Positions 10,048 to 19,902 of a DNA stretch of 64,000 nucleotides are shown one piece after another (the first letter of the stretch is position 1; each line of letters begins with the position of its first letter). A program made the position numbers and the translations under genes. Source of the stretch: an uncultured Desulfobacter sp. (GTDB taxonomy: Bacteria > Desulfobacterota > Desulfobacteria > Desulfobacterales > Desulfobacteraceae); contig OY762069.1 in the NCBI GenBank assembly GCA_963665095.1, positions 5,376,001 through 5,440,000 of the forward strand. Direction: 5' to 3'. The notes beneath the pieces are model-generated. The model was not told where the DNA came from and did not search any database. It saw only the letters and a list, made by a program, of their open reading frames with translations.

Positions 10048-11067
10048 CTATTGTGAAAATTGAGGGGTGAATATACAGGCTGATTTTTGATTCTGCAAAA
10101 AAGGAGAAAGCCCATGCATGGCACCATTAATAATAGTTGAGGGGGAAGGAACCGCGTGCCCCAAATAATATACACCGGAATCAATACATTTTTTGCAAGC
10201 CGGGCTATTTCTGCGAATAGAGTTTAATTCTTGTAAATTAATTTCATGGACCTTGCCTATAATAGTACTGTCTCCACAACAGGTGATAAGATTGCAGTCT
10301 GGATCCAGGCTTAAAAAGGCAAATTGACCGCAAGTTGTGAACGGCGGCCGATTTTTAAACTCGTCACTATCAACAGGAAATAAAATTAGTTCTTTAGAGG
10401 CTCTTAACAGATCTTGATATTCAAGCTCACCTTTTAGGTATTTTTGAGATCTTTCATGATCATTTATCATGGCATATGAAGGCGCTATCCCTAATTTATG
10501 CTGGGCTGCAAAAATAATAGCTGAGCGTAGCTCTTCAATATTATGTTGGTATAGATGGTAGGCAATATATGGTGTCACACTTAAACCGCAGGAACGATAA
10601 TTTTCGGTAAGTGCTACTATATTGCTTTTAATTTTTTCAAAATTAAAGCCATGGATTTTGTCGTAGCTGGCCTGACTAAACCCGCTCATTGAAAAACAAA
10701 GATAATGACAATTGTTGAGCGCATCCTTATCTGAAAAGAGGACTTGTTTTGAAGCGTTTGTACTTATTCCCCAATTGAGTTTCATATTATTTAATATGCG
10801 GATAATATCTGTTAATTTCGGATGCAGTAAGGGTTCTCCCCAATTGAAAAGTCTAATTTGTGATTCATTATTAATAGCCTTCTCCTTTAGAAGGTATGAT
10901 AATGTCTTTTCAAATTCATTGACATCAACAAAGCCTCCTGTCGGTTCATGGTTTTTATTCTTTCTTCCTGTCTGGCACCAATGACATAGGCCGTTACATT
11001 TCCCAGATATTTCAAAGTAAACGGTTCTAAACATAGTCAGATCCTTTATGGTATAGTTATACTTCAC
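10048..11067 (-). CDS. Radical SAM protein with twitch/SPASM-like C-terminus (divergent from the array paralogues)
   Basis: CNGLCHWC, FNWGEPLL, ISTNAS; C-terminal CGQF...TCCGD...CKKC. Confidence 0.85.
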   Translation of the reverse strand: MKYNYTIKDLTMFRTVYFEISGKCNGLCHWCQTGRKNKNHEPTGGFVDVNEFEKTLSYLLKEKAINNESQIRLFNWGEPLLHPKLTDIIRILNNMKLNWGISTNASKQVLFSDKDALNNCHYLCFSMSGFSQASYDKIHGFNFEKIKSNIVALTENYRSCGLSVTPYIAYHLYQHNIEELRSAIIFAAQHKLGIAPSYAMINDHERSQKYLKGELEYQDLLRASKELILFPVDSDEFKNRPPFTTCGQFAFLSLDPDCNLITCCGDSTIIGKVHEINLQELNSIRRNSPACKKCIDSGVYYLGHAVPSPSTIINGAMHGLSPFLQNQKSACIFTPQFSQ

Positions 11068-11069
11068 AC

Positions 11070-11234
11070 GTTATTTTTAATAATTTTTCTTTTGATAGGG
11101 AATGGATATAATCTACGCATTTGGATTACAGACGCTGAATGCTTCAATTTTAACCATAATGGGTTCGTCAGAGGCAAAATACGGCTATGTTCGTCACACC
11201 GGTTTTTATTTCAGACAGTCTTTTCTGTTCCCAT
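11070..11234 (-). pseudogene. Decayed 5' fragment of an array-type radical SAM paralogue
   Basis: GGGGGA RBS + ATG 11234; with one TGA and two frameshifts it reads MGTEKTV*NKNRCDEHSRILPLTNP/MVKIEAFSVCN/KCVDYIHSLSKEKLLKI, collinear with MTAKKTTWDKNQRKDLSNVLPLTTPLSLNIEASRACNIKCIYCIHSLPDEKLANI (15974 gene). Confidence 0.8.
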
Positions 11235-11244
11235 TCGTCCCCCC

Positions 11245-12375
11245 TTAACCAGCAAAGGCATAAAGCATGGTTGCATTGCCTCCTGCACCATAGACCCTGA
11301 TATAAAAGCGGTAATCCAGATCCCAGCTATGAATAAGAAGGGGTAGCTCCCAGATATCCTTAAGTTCATGGTAAAGGGAAATAACCATATCGGGTTTACT
11401 TTCCTCAATCATTTTTTTTGCCCCTGTCAGGGCCTGGTATTCAGCCCCTTCAACATCCATTTTGATAAACGTCGGCCTGAAATTTCCAAGAACCTGGTCT
11501 AAAGCAACGCATTGAATCATATCATCGCCTGTTTCAGAAATATGGGAATTCAACCCCATGTTGTTGTTGGCCCAGAGCTTGGCTGTATCTGACCAGACCC
11601 CACACGGGTACAAAAATATCTCATCCGCATACTTCCCTGCCTCATCTCCTATACGATCAATCATGGCCTTGAATGTTCCCATATCAGATTCGAATAACGC
11701 GGCCTTCTCGACCTTCCCCTTTATCCGATTGAGGGTCATGAGGGTGTCGCCGTCAAATGCCCCACAATCAATATAGCGTTGATATCCCTTATTTTCATCA
11801 AAATCTGTATCAAAATATTTTGTATTTTCCCCTGGAGTCAGAAACCGATCATACTGCCGTGTCGCATGGGAGGCGATAAATCCTTTATATATTTTATAGC
11901 TGATTTCATCTTCCAATAAATGGCCGCAGGCGATGATGGCATCCTTAATTTGGCTATAATCTGCCGTATCCGTCTGGGAAAAACTATAGAAATCAAACAT
12001 ATCGGTTGCCTTGATGATATTGTTGTAGCCAATTTCGTTAAGGGATTTGATGATTGCCTCATTCCTGGGCTTAAAGGGCTTTACAGTTAAAATGACAGGA
12101 ATGTCATTTCTTTTATTCTCCAGAATAAAACCGGAATTCGGTGTCTTGACAGGGATGCCTTTCATCTCTCCAATCTCGTTTGCACGTATATCAAAAAAGG
12201 CCACTACATCCGCCTGGTATGCCTGCAAAGCAGTCAAAACCTTTAATCCGTCTATCCCTGCGCCATATAATACGACCTTTTTACCCCTTATTTCTTCCGG
12301 ACTGCGGGTATTTCTGATGCTTTTTATATTCTCGGTGATGGCTTCCAATTCCTTAGAAATATTTTTTTTCCACAT
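11245..12375 (-). CDS. FkbM-family methyltransferase with N-terminal Rossmann-like domain
   Basis: VVLYGAG; YIDCGAFDGDT; FIKMDVEGAE; ISLYH. Confidence 0.88.
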   Translation of the reverse strand: MWKKNISKELEAITENIKSIRNTRSPEEIRGKKVVLYGAGIDGLKVLTALQAYQADVVAFFDIRANEIGEMKGIPVKTPNSGFILENKRNDIPVILTVKPFKPRNEAIIKSLNEIGYNNIIKATDMFDFYSFSQTDTADYSQIKDAIIACGHLLEDEISYKIYKGFIASHATRQYDRFLTPGENTKYFDTDFDENKGYQRYIDCGAFDGDTLMTLNRIKGKVEKAALFESDMGTFKAMIDRIGDEAGKYADEIFLYPCGVWSDTAKLWANNNMGLNSHISETGDDMIQCVALDQVLGNFRPTFIKMDVEGAEYQALTGAKKMIEESKPDMVISLYHELKDIWELPLLIHSWDLDYRFYIRVYGAGGNATMLYAFAG

Positions 12376-12420
12376 GGCCTTGCCTCACTTGTTCAATGTT
12401 AAAAAAAATCACAGATCTCA

Positions 12421-13755
12421 TCATGAGCATGACAGATTTGCCGGGCCTTCGAATATCTTTTGATGCCAGGTTCTCAATGTTTCATCATTAGGGTAATGTT
12501 TATAAAAATGAGGAAGGGATGATTTTGTTTCTCCCCTTAAAATACTTCTGACCTTTCGCAGTTTATTTCCTGGTTCTGTTTTTGCCTGACCTGTGCCAGA
12601 AATGCTGCTCTCAAACAGGGGCCGATCTTTTCCCAGTCCGCTTAAAAACCATTCATATGGTTCCAGACCAAAGATATTTCTAAAGTCATGTCTTCGTTTG
12701 GGAGTTGACATCGCCTGTTCATAAAGTTTGTTTAGTTTTTTCATTGTACTGAGGGGTGAAAATTTATTAAGTGCAGTATCTTTTGCGTTCTGTCCCAGCC
12801 GGGATCTTTCTTTGGGATTGTTGTATAGATACCTGACGGCCTGGCCGTATTCTTTCTTATTTTTTACAATCAAACCCGTTTTCATATCCTGGATTATGTG
12901 CTTTTCACCGCATTGATCCAGAATAATAATAGGCATTCCCGCCCCCATGGCCTCTAAAAGGGCGTTGTCGGTGGAGCCGTAGTGGTCTGGATTCAGCAGG
13001 TATGCGAAAATATCAAAGCGCTCAAACTCGGATTTAATATTGTTTACAAAACCAGTAAATTCAAACTGGTTTTCAATTCCCTTTACTTTTGCCTGGGCAA
13101 TTATATTTACCTTGTTATCTGGGTTTCCGACAAGAATGAATTTAGCATCAGGTATATCTGCCTGTTTACAAAATTCAACAAATTCGGGATGTAGCTTTCT
13201 GAAATCAAGAGTGCCCACGAATCCTATGTTAAACCCTTTGTGGGGTGTTGGATTCACTCCGGTCACATTATTGTACCCACCGGTTCCCACTGCAACGCAC
13301 GCTTTAGATTTGATTCGCTTTTTTTCTTTTTCACTCCAGAAAGGGTTTTCAAAGGAATATGCTGTCGTAAAAATAAAATGTTCGGGCAGGTCAACAAAGG
13401 ACGCCGGGATGACGGGATAGTTACAGCCTGAGATATGGGACCAGACCACCAGACGGACTTGGACGTCAGCAAGATTTAATAGGAAGCCCAGGATCAGGGG
13501 ATGGTGCCACCATTCCAGTTGCACAATATCAGCATCCATTAAAGTCTGGACTATCTTCCGGGTACTCTGAGGCCCGATTACAGTAACTCCATGGTCTGTA
13601 CAATAATTTATGTAAGTTTGATTCAATGGTGGTTCAAGTAATAGGATCTCATGCTGGTAGTCGCTTTGGACTCTGGCAGCACTGACGGATAATGCTGAAA
13701 CCGCTTTGCCTACGCCTGGACCCATATGGGGCATGATATGCAGTATTTTAGCCAT
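12421..13755 (-). CDS. GT4-family glycosyltransferase
   Basis: ILHIMPH..GVG, IGFVGTLDFRK, FTGFV, NALLEAMGAGMPII; AAGGA RBS before ATG 13755. Confidence 0.85.
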   Translation of the reverse strand: MAKILHIMPHMGPGVGKAVSALSVSAARVQSDYQHEILLLEPPLNQTYINYCTDHGVTVIGPQSTRKIVQTLMDADIVQLEWWHHPLILGFLLNLADVQVRLVVWSHISGCNYPVIPASFVDLPEHFIFTTAYSFENPFWSEKEKKRIKSKACVAVGTGGYNNVTGVNPTPHKGFNIGFVGTLDFRKLHPEFVEFCKQADIPDAKFILVGNPDNKVNIIAQAKVKGIENQFEFTGFVNNIKSEFERFDIFAYLLNPDHYGSTDNALLEAMGAGMPIIILDQCGEKHIIQDMKTGLIVKNKKEYGQAVRYLYNNPKERSRLGQNAKDTALNKFSPLSTMKKLNKLYEQAMSTPKRRHDFRNIFGLEPYEWFLSGLGKDRPLFESSISGTGQAKTEPGNKLRKVRSILRGETKSSLPHFYKHYPNDETLRTWHQKIFEGPANLSCS

Positions 13756-13816
13756 CAGGAAATCCTTAACTCTGGATGTAAGTATTCGTGGTTCAAAACA
13801 TAGGCCCTTTGCAGGC

Positions 13817-14824
13817 TTATTCTTTTTCAAGCCTTCTGATTAGCTGATCTGCGTCAGCATCAATAATATCTTCAACTCGCCCATTATGCTGGGTGAACTT
13901 ACATCCCTGGCAGACCGGAATCCTACACTCCTTTTTCAAATGGGATAGTTGAAGTTTTTTCAGCTTGTTTCCGTTCCATATGTCAAACAACGTATCCGTC
14001 TTGACATTACCTAACAAAATGGTCTCGCAATAATCAACACAACAGGGCCCTACATTCCCGGTGGCAAACACAGATAGAGAGTAAAAGGGTAATGAGCACA
14101 CCTCCGCCTTCAGACTATGTCGCAGGTAATAATTATCCGAGTGACTAATATTTGAATAATCAACATTCTGATATCTCGGAACAATTTTCTCCACATATGC
14201 CAAGTCAGATATAGGGCTAAACAAACGGTAGAATTGTTCCTCACTCTGGGGGGCGTCAAATGCTACATCAACTGCTTTGAGATATACTTTACAATTCCCC
14301 TTGTTTTCATATAAAAATGCGATCTGTTCGACATACTTTGTAAAATCTAGTTTATATCCTGTTACTTTGTAATAATTTTTACTTGATAAAGCCTCCACTG
14401 AAATAATTATTTCATCCAGACCGGCTTGGATCATTGCCAAGCTTAGGGAATTATTCAGCAAAGACCCATTGGTTATAAGGGAAATTTTATCTGCCCGGCC
14501 CAATCCTTTCAGCATGTGAATCATTTGAGGAAGCCCGGGATGCAGCAACGGTTCGCCAATGCCTCCGAAAGTCAGGCTCTTAAATGAATTTGGAAATTCT
14601 TTGATTTGGCCGGCAAGTTTTTCAAACGTTTCCATCTTCATCAGTTCTGGCCGAAATCCCTTTTCTTTCAAGGTTTTTTTACGGATAGACTGAAAGCAGA
14701 AAATACACCTGAAGTTGCATCCGTTTGACACGTCTATTCCTAATCTGAAAGGAGTTTCTAAAGGGACTACCTGTGACAGGGGGACTCTTTTAATGAGATC
14801 ATTTCGGATTTTTTTGTCAGCCAT
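13817..14824 (-). CDS. Radical SAM/twitch-SPASM protein, array paralogue 8
   Basis: RVPLSQVVPLETPF, CNFRCIFC, GIGEPLL, TNGSLL, VC...PCCVD...CQGC. Confidence 0.9.
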   Translation of the reverse strand: MADKKIRNDLIKRVPLSQVVPLETPFRLGIDVSNGCNFRCIFCFQSIRKKTLKEKGFRPELMKMETFEKLAGQIKEFPNSFKSLTFGGIGEPLLHPGLPQMIHMLKGLGRADKISLITNGSLLNNSLSLAMIQAGLDEIIISVEALSSKNYYKVTGYKLDFTKYVEQIAFLYENKGNCKVYLKAVDVAFDAPQSEEQFYRLFSPISDLAYVEKIVPRYQNVDYSNISHSDNYYLRHSLKAEVCSLPFYSLSVFATGNVGPCCVDYCETILLGNVKTDTLFDIWNGNKLKKLQLSHLKKECRIPVCQGCKFTQHNGRVEDIIDADADQLIRRLEKE

Positions 14825-14827
14825 GGC

Positions 14828-14878
14828 TCACCTGTTATCCTGCATTCGTTGAAGTATATCTTCTTTTCGACCATCCAA
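14828..14878 (-). pseudogene. Probable 3' tail remnant of a lost array paralogue
   Basis: Reads LDGRKEDILQRMQDNR* with the stop 3 nt before the next ATG; resembles paralogue tails such as LDDHAPEIILRMP*; short, so chance similarity is possible. Confidence 0.5.
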
Positions 14879-14951
14879 GAGGAAGGTTCCTACAAAAAAC
14901 TGGTTTGTTATTACGTTAAAAATTTTATTATAAAATAAACAAAACATGAGG

Positions 14952-15974
14952 TTAAATATTTTCTTTGCTATAAAATTTCATAAATATTTCTCTGTGATTA
15001 TCTATTTTATCAGATGCAGGGACTGAGTAATTTAATGAATTACAATTTGTGCAGATTTTATGTCTAAAACGGGTGTGTTTTAATTGAAACCGCCTTATGA
15101 TATTCATTCGTTTATTATTCCATATTTTTTCAAGAGAATCGTTTATAATATTTCCAATAAAAAATTCTTTGTATAGTCCTTTACAACAGGCGGAAACATT
15201 ACCGTCAGCATTGACTGTCATCATATAAAAAGGATATGGACAGACATGGACTTTATCAGCTTCGTGCTCGCCGGTGACAATTAGCTTGTTTTCTTTTTCA
15301 ATGATATTATCATAATCGACTTCACCATATGCTTCTATAACATGCTCAATTGAGATTTCATCACAAAAGGAGCCAAAGGTATCGTAATATAAATCTTCTT
15401 TTCCTTTAACAGCAAAATCTAATATTTTGATGAAAATACGGCAGTTCTTTTTTATTGAATAAAGATATCTTAAATTTTCAAGAAAATTTTTATAGTCAAT
15501 ATTTACTCCTGCATTTTTCTGATAATCCTTTGCGCAGAGGCCTTGGACTGTGATTCTGAATACATCAACTCCTGCGTCGATTAAATTTTTACTGGTTTGA
15601 TTGTTGAGCAGTAGGGCGTTTGTAAATATTACAGTTTGCTCGCATATACTCCACTGTTTCGTGTATGCTATCATGTCTGGAAGGTGCTTATTGACCAGTG
15701 GCTCTCCATAACCTGCGAATCTTATAGTTCTTACTTTATTATCGAATAGCTTACAATCATCTACCATTTTGAAAAAAAGTTTTTTGCTCATCACAAGAGG
15801 CTTGAAATTAATATTAGCAAGCTTTTCATCCGGAAGCGAGTGGATGCAATAGATACATTTTATATTACAAGCCCGTGAAGCCTCTATATTTAAAGATAGG
15901 GGGGTAGTTAATGGTAAAACATTACTAAGATCTTTACGTTGATTTTTATCCCATGTAGTTTTTTTGGCTGTCAT
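14952..15974 (-). CDS. Radical SAM/twitch-SPASM protein, array paralogue 7
   Basis: RKDLSNVLPLTTPL, CNIKCIYC, GYGEPLV, VC...ACCKG...CTNC. Confidence 0.9.
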   Translation of the reverse strand: MTAKKTTWDKNQRKDLSNVLPLTTPLSLNIEASRACNIKCIYCIHSLPDEKLANINFKPLVMSKKLFFKMVDDCKLFDNKVRTIRFAGYGEPLVNKHLPDMIAYTKQWSICEQTVIFTNALLLNNQTSKNLIDAGVDVFRITVQGLCAKDYQKNAGVNIDYKNFLENLRYLYSIKKNCRIFIKILDFAVKGKEDLYYDTFGSFCDEISIEHVIEAYGEVDYDNIIEKENKLIVTGEHEADKVHVCPYPFYMMTVNADGNVSACCKGLYKEFFIGNIINDSLEKIWNNKRMNIIRRFQLKHTRFRHKICTNCNSLNYSVPASDKIDNHREIFMKFYSKENI

Positions 15975-16055
15975 AATTTTTTCTAAGGTTTATTTAGTTA
16001 AAAGATGCTCTAACTTTATCTGGGTATATCTAATATTAGTTAAATCTAAAATATC

Positions 16056-17732
16056 TTAAGTGTAAGAGGTTCCCCTATCTGTTGGTAACCCAAAGTTTTT
16101 TGCAAATTCCATCCACTCATCATTTGAAGCAATAATTTCAAGGTATTTATTCATATGCATATCTATCAATTCCGTTTTATGGTCATAAGCTTTGTGTGCT
16201 TCTGATAGATAGTAGTGGGCAAACGCTTGTTGAGGATATCTTTTTACGATATTTCCAAGTAGAAGGATTGCTTTTTCAAAGTCGCCAACACGCATGCTGT
16301 AATTGTTCACAAAATTGAGTTCCAGATTCATCATGTAGGCTTGCTTCGTAATGTACTCAGGATTTAGTTCCTTAGTTTGGATTATTGCATGCTTTAGATC
16401 GGCGTCTCTTATATCTTTCGTTATAAGATAGTCATTTTCAGTACAGATTTCATAAAGCCTGCTCCCTTTGAACGGTGTTGCAATACTAATTATTGTCCAA
16501 TCAATACCTAACTCCTTAATCAGCGCAATGGTATCTTCTCTGTCTTTATCTCTTTCTCCAGGCAACCCAATCACAAGTGCGCCCATAACAGATAGTCCAT
16601 GGTTTTTAATAATTTTTACAGCAGTCCTGATGTCTTCAACTGAGAATGGTTTATCAATAATTTCTTTTAACACATACTGAGAACCATGCTCTATTGTCAA
16701 AGGAATTTCATTAACTCCCAGTTTTTTAAACAGGTCTACAATTTCATCATCAATATATGAAGGTGTTACAAGTAAGGTGGATAGGTGAACTTTGTCAGCT
16801 AACTTTAGCATACCTCTGAGAATTTTTTTTGCACGCTTTTGTTTAAGTAAAAATTGGTCATCTTCTATTGTAAGGTGTGTAAGTCCGTACTTGTCTACCA
16901 TATTTTTTACATTTTCAAGCACATACTCTGCACTCATTTGTCTGACCTTTTTCCCATGTACTGATGCGGCCGCACAAAACACACACCTAAAAGGGCACCC
17001 CCTTGTGGTGTGGATTGGCAGATATACAGACTTTTCAGGCTGACTGGAATATATATATGTATTATTATTTATTGCCTGTTTGTAGGAATCAAGATTAACC
17101 AACCCAAAGTCAAGGAAAGGGATTTCATCAAGATTGTTTATAAAAGAAGGCTTTGGTTTCCGGCATTGTTTGATGGATTGTCTGGTTATAAATGAAATAT
17201 GATTTTTCATTACATCATGAAAGTTGTCAGCATTAACCAACTCAAGGAAAGGAATCTCTCCTTCTGAATAACATATTGCATCCAAAGAAGAAGAATCCTC
17301 TAACAGATCCTTGTATTCATTCGTGGCACATGCTCCTCCTGCAATTGTGATTGTTTCAGCATTGATTTTTTTAGCTATACTACAAAAATAATCAATGCTG
17401 TCGTATGTCGGTGTAAATAATGCAGAAATGCCAATAATATCAGGATGAAATCTTTTGAGAATATCAATAGTTATTTTTTCTAATTGGGAAAACCGATAAT
17501 CTATAACATTGAAGTCAACTATTTTTATATCAAGATTATATCTTGCATATTCTTTAATATAAGTCGCAATGGACAAGATACCATATGGCGCAACTGGATT
17601 GGAGATTGCGTTTGAAACTATATCTTTTTTTAGTGCAGGATTTTTATCTGTATAAGAGAGATATTCCTGTCGGAATGTCCTTTTAGGAATAATAAAAAGA
17701 ATCTTTCTTATAGCACTTCTATCTTTGTACAT
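16056..17732 (-). CDS. Cobalamin (B12)-binding radical SAM protein (class B methyltransferase-like) with C-terminal TPR-like tail
   Basis: APYGILSIA, PDIIGIS, IAGGACAT, EGEIP, TTRGCPFRCVFC, IEDDQF, IGLPGE; GAGGAG RBS. Confidence 0.9.
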   Translation of the reverse strand: MYKDRSAIRKILFIIPKRTFRQEYLSYTDKNPALKKDIVSNAISNPVAPYGILSIATYIKEYARYNLDIKIVDFNVIDYRFSQLEKITIDILKRFHPDIIGISALFTPTYDSIDYFCSIAKKINAETITIAGGACATNEYKDLLEDSSSLDAICYSEGEIPFLELVNADNFHDVMKNHISFITRQSIKQCRKPKPSFINNLDEIPFLDFGLVNLDSYKQAINNNTYIYSSQPEKSVYLPIHTTRGCPFRCVFCAAASVHGKKVRQMSAEYVLENVKNMVDKYGLTHLTIEDDQFLLKQKRAKKILRGMLKLADKVHLSTLLVTPSYIDDEIVDLFKKLGVNEIPLTIEHGSQYVLKEIIDKPFSVEDIRTAVKIIKNHGLSVMGALVIGLPGERDKDREDTIALIKELGIDWTIISIATPFKGSRLYEICTENDYLITKDIRDADLKHAIIQTKELNPEYITKQAYMMNLELNFVNNYSMRVGDFEKAILLLGNIVKRYPQQAFAHYYLSEAHKAYDHKTELIDMHMNKYLEIIASNDEWMEFAKNFGLPTDRGTSYT

Positions 17733-17824
17733 TTAGCATCTCCTCAGGGCGTCCCAAGAAAAAGGGTCCTGCTCTTTAAACGTCATACTGTGGATTTCGT
17801 GAATCTCATTGCTTGGGACGGTTA

Positions 17825-18826
17825 CTAATATTTTTCTACCAAAGTCTTTGCTTCATTATCCAAAATATCCTCAACTCGGATATTGTATTTAAAATATCGG
17901 CAATTTGAGCAGAGGGGGATATCTTTACGCTTTTTATTTAAATGTTTTTTTCTAAAATTATTGAATGGGATTCCATTCCATATTTCATAAAGACTCTGTT
18001 CATTCACATTTCCGAAGACTACCGTTTCGTTAAAATCTACACAACATGGAATAATATTTCCACTAGGCCCTATTTGCATTACATAAAAAATTTTAGAGCA
18101 TATATCCAAGGAGGGAACATTACCTCCGTATAAGCTTTGCTCATAAGTTGTATCAATAGTATCATAATCAACATGTTTAAACTGTGGAACCACATTTTCG
18201 ACATAAGCCAGGTCACATATATCATCAAATATTTCATGAAATTTATTTTCGGTACAGTCTTCATCGAATGCAATGTTTACAATTTTAATGTAGATTTTAA
18301 AATTTGGTTTTAAGTTGAACAAATACTTTATGTTATCAACCAACTTTTTGAAAACTACATGGGTTTTGGTAATTGCTAAATATTTTTCAGAACTCATTGC
18401 TTCAACGGAAATCGTCAGTTCGTCAAGCCCAGATTCTGCAATTGCATGGGATATATTCGGCTTTAATATTGAACCATTTGTTGTGATCGTAATTTTTTCC
18501 GTAACATTTTTATGCTTTAGATATCTCACCATTTGGGGTAAATCTTTATTTAAAAATGGTTCTCCTATTCCTGTAAGGCCAATACATTTTATTTTGTCCG
18601 GAAATTTTGAAATCTGGGTAACTATTTTTTTGAATAATTCAAAAGTCATTATTTTAGGGGAAAAATTTAATTTCTTTAGTTCATGTGAAGAAATTCCTTG
18701 ATAGCAAAAATTGCAATGAAAATTACACGCTGATGATGGATCAATATAGATTGAAAAGGGTGTGGCGAGGGGGAGAACTTCTGCCAGCTTCACTCTTTTC
18801 TTTAAATCTCTTTTATTTTTATGCAT
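17825..18826 (-). CDS. Radical SAM/twitch-SPASM protein, array paralogue 6
   Basis: RVKLAEVLPLATPF, CNFHCNFC, LTGIGEPFL, IC...PCCVD...CSNC. Confidence 0.9.
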   Translation of the reverse strand: MHKNKRDLKKRVKLAEVLPLATPFSIYIDPSSACNFHCNFCYQGISSHELKKLNFSPKIMTFELFKKIVTQISKFPDKIKCIGLTGIGEPFLNKDLPQMVRYLKHKNVTEKITITTNGSILKPNISHAIAESGLDELTISVEAMSSEKYLAITKTHVVFKKLVDNIKYLFNLKPNFKIYIKIVNIAFDEDCTENKFHEIFDDICDLAYVENVVPQFKHVDYDTIDTTYEQSLYGGNVPSLDICSKIFYVMQIGPSGNIIPCCVDFNETVVFGNVNEQSLYEIWNGIPFNNFRKKHLNKKRKDIPLCSNCRYFKYNIRVEDILDNEAKTLVEKY

Positions 18827-18893
18827 CTGCAGCTTTCCCCTTAAGAATTAATAGTATATCCATTTAGGCTTTCTGATTCTGGCATTTTCAGGT

Positions 18894-19895
18894 TTAGGGC
18901 ATCCTCAGTATGATTTCGGGGGCATGATCATCTAATATATCAGATTTTTGTGTACAATGATCCAAGCAGACACATGTCGTGCAAAGGGGATGCTTCTTCC
19001 CTTCTTTTCTAAGATGCTGCCGCCTAAGGTCTGTAAATGCTTTTCCGTTCCATAGCTCAACCAGAGAGTGGGTATTCACATTTCCAAAGACATACTGCTC
19101 CAGGTTATCCACGTTACACATGGTAACGTTTCCGTCCGGACATATATTCAGCATGTAGAAAATTCTGGGGCATACAGATATGGTTGTGGTCTGATTGCCT
19201 AGTATGGTCTTGTTATGTTTGGGAAAAAGTTCCTTATAATTGACCCCTTCATAATAGGGCGTCACGTATTCAATTGAGGCATTGTCACTGATTTCATTGA
19301 AAATGCGATAAAATTTTTTTTCGTCATTCTCATCAAGGGCCGTATTAATAATTTTTACGTAAAGCTTGCACTTCTGCCTATTTTTGTAAAAATGGGCGAT
19401 ATTTTCTATGAGTCTGTCAAAATCAAGATCAATGCCTGCAACACTCTTGTATTTTTCAGAGGATAACCCTTCAATGGAGATACGAAGTTCGTCTAACCCG
19501 GCATCAATGAGCTGATGATTCAAATTCGGATTCAGCATGGATCCATTTGTTGTAATCTGAATGACCTTTGCCACCTCCCTCTTTTGGGCATAGGCAATCA
19601 TCTCCGGCAGGTGGTGATTCAACAACGGTTCGCCATGGGCAAACAAATACATCCGTTTGATCTGCTTTGGAAATTTTTCAACCTCATGGATCGTCTTTTT
19701 AAAAAGTTTCATATCCATGACACCGGGTTTGAATCCCATGGTTTTGAGCTTTGATTTTGCAATGGACTGAAAACAAAAATTACACTTGAAGTTGCAGATA
19801 TTGGCAACGTCTATAATGACAAGGAAAGGCGTGCTTAGGGGGACAACATCGGCAAGCTTTACTCTGGGTTCTGAAAGTTTCCATGATTTGGCCAT
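18894..19895 (-). CDS. Radical SAM/twitch-SPASM protein, array paralogue 5
   Basis: RVKLADVVPLSTPF, CNFKCNFC, FAHGEPLL, VC...MCNVD...CTTC. Confidence 0.9.
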   Translation of the reverse strand: MAKSWKLSEPRVKLADVVPLSTPFLVIIDVANICNFKCNFCFQSIAKSKLKTMGFKPGVMDMKLFKKTIHEVEKFPKQIKRMYLFAHGEPLLNHHLPEMIAYAQKREVAKVIQITTNGSMLNPNLNHQLIDAGLDELRISIEGLSSEKYKSVAGIDLDFDRLIENIAHFYKNRQKCKLYVKIINTALDENDEKKFYRIFNEISDNASIEYVTPYYEGVNYKELFPKHNKTILGNQTTTISVCPRIFYMLNICPDGNVTMCNVDNLEQYVFGNVNTHSLVELWNGKAFTDLRRQHLRKEGKKHPLCTTCVCLDHCTQKSDILDDHAPEIILRMP

Positions 19896-19902
19896 GGTCT
19901 GG

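Noticed and set aside
15975..16055. DILD-starting peptide after the B12 radical SAM stop, resembling a paralogue tail
   Set aside because: Only four residues match, in very AT-rich DNA where such codons arise by chance.
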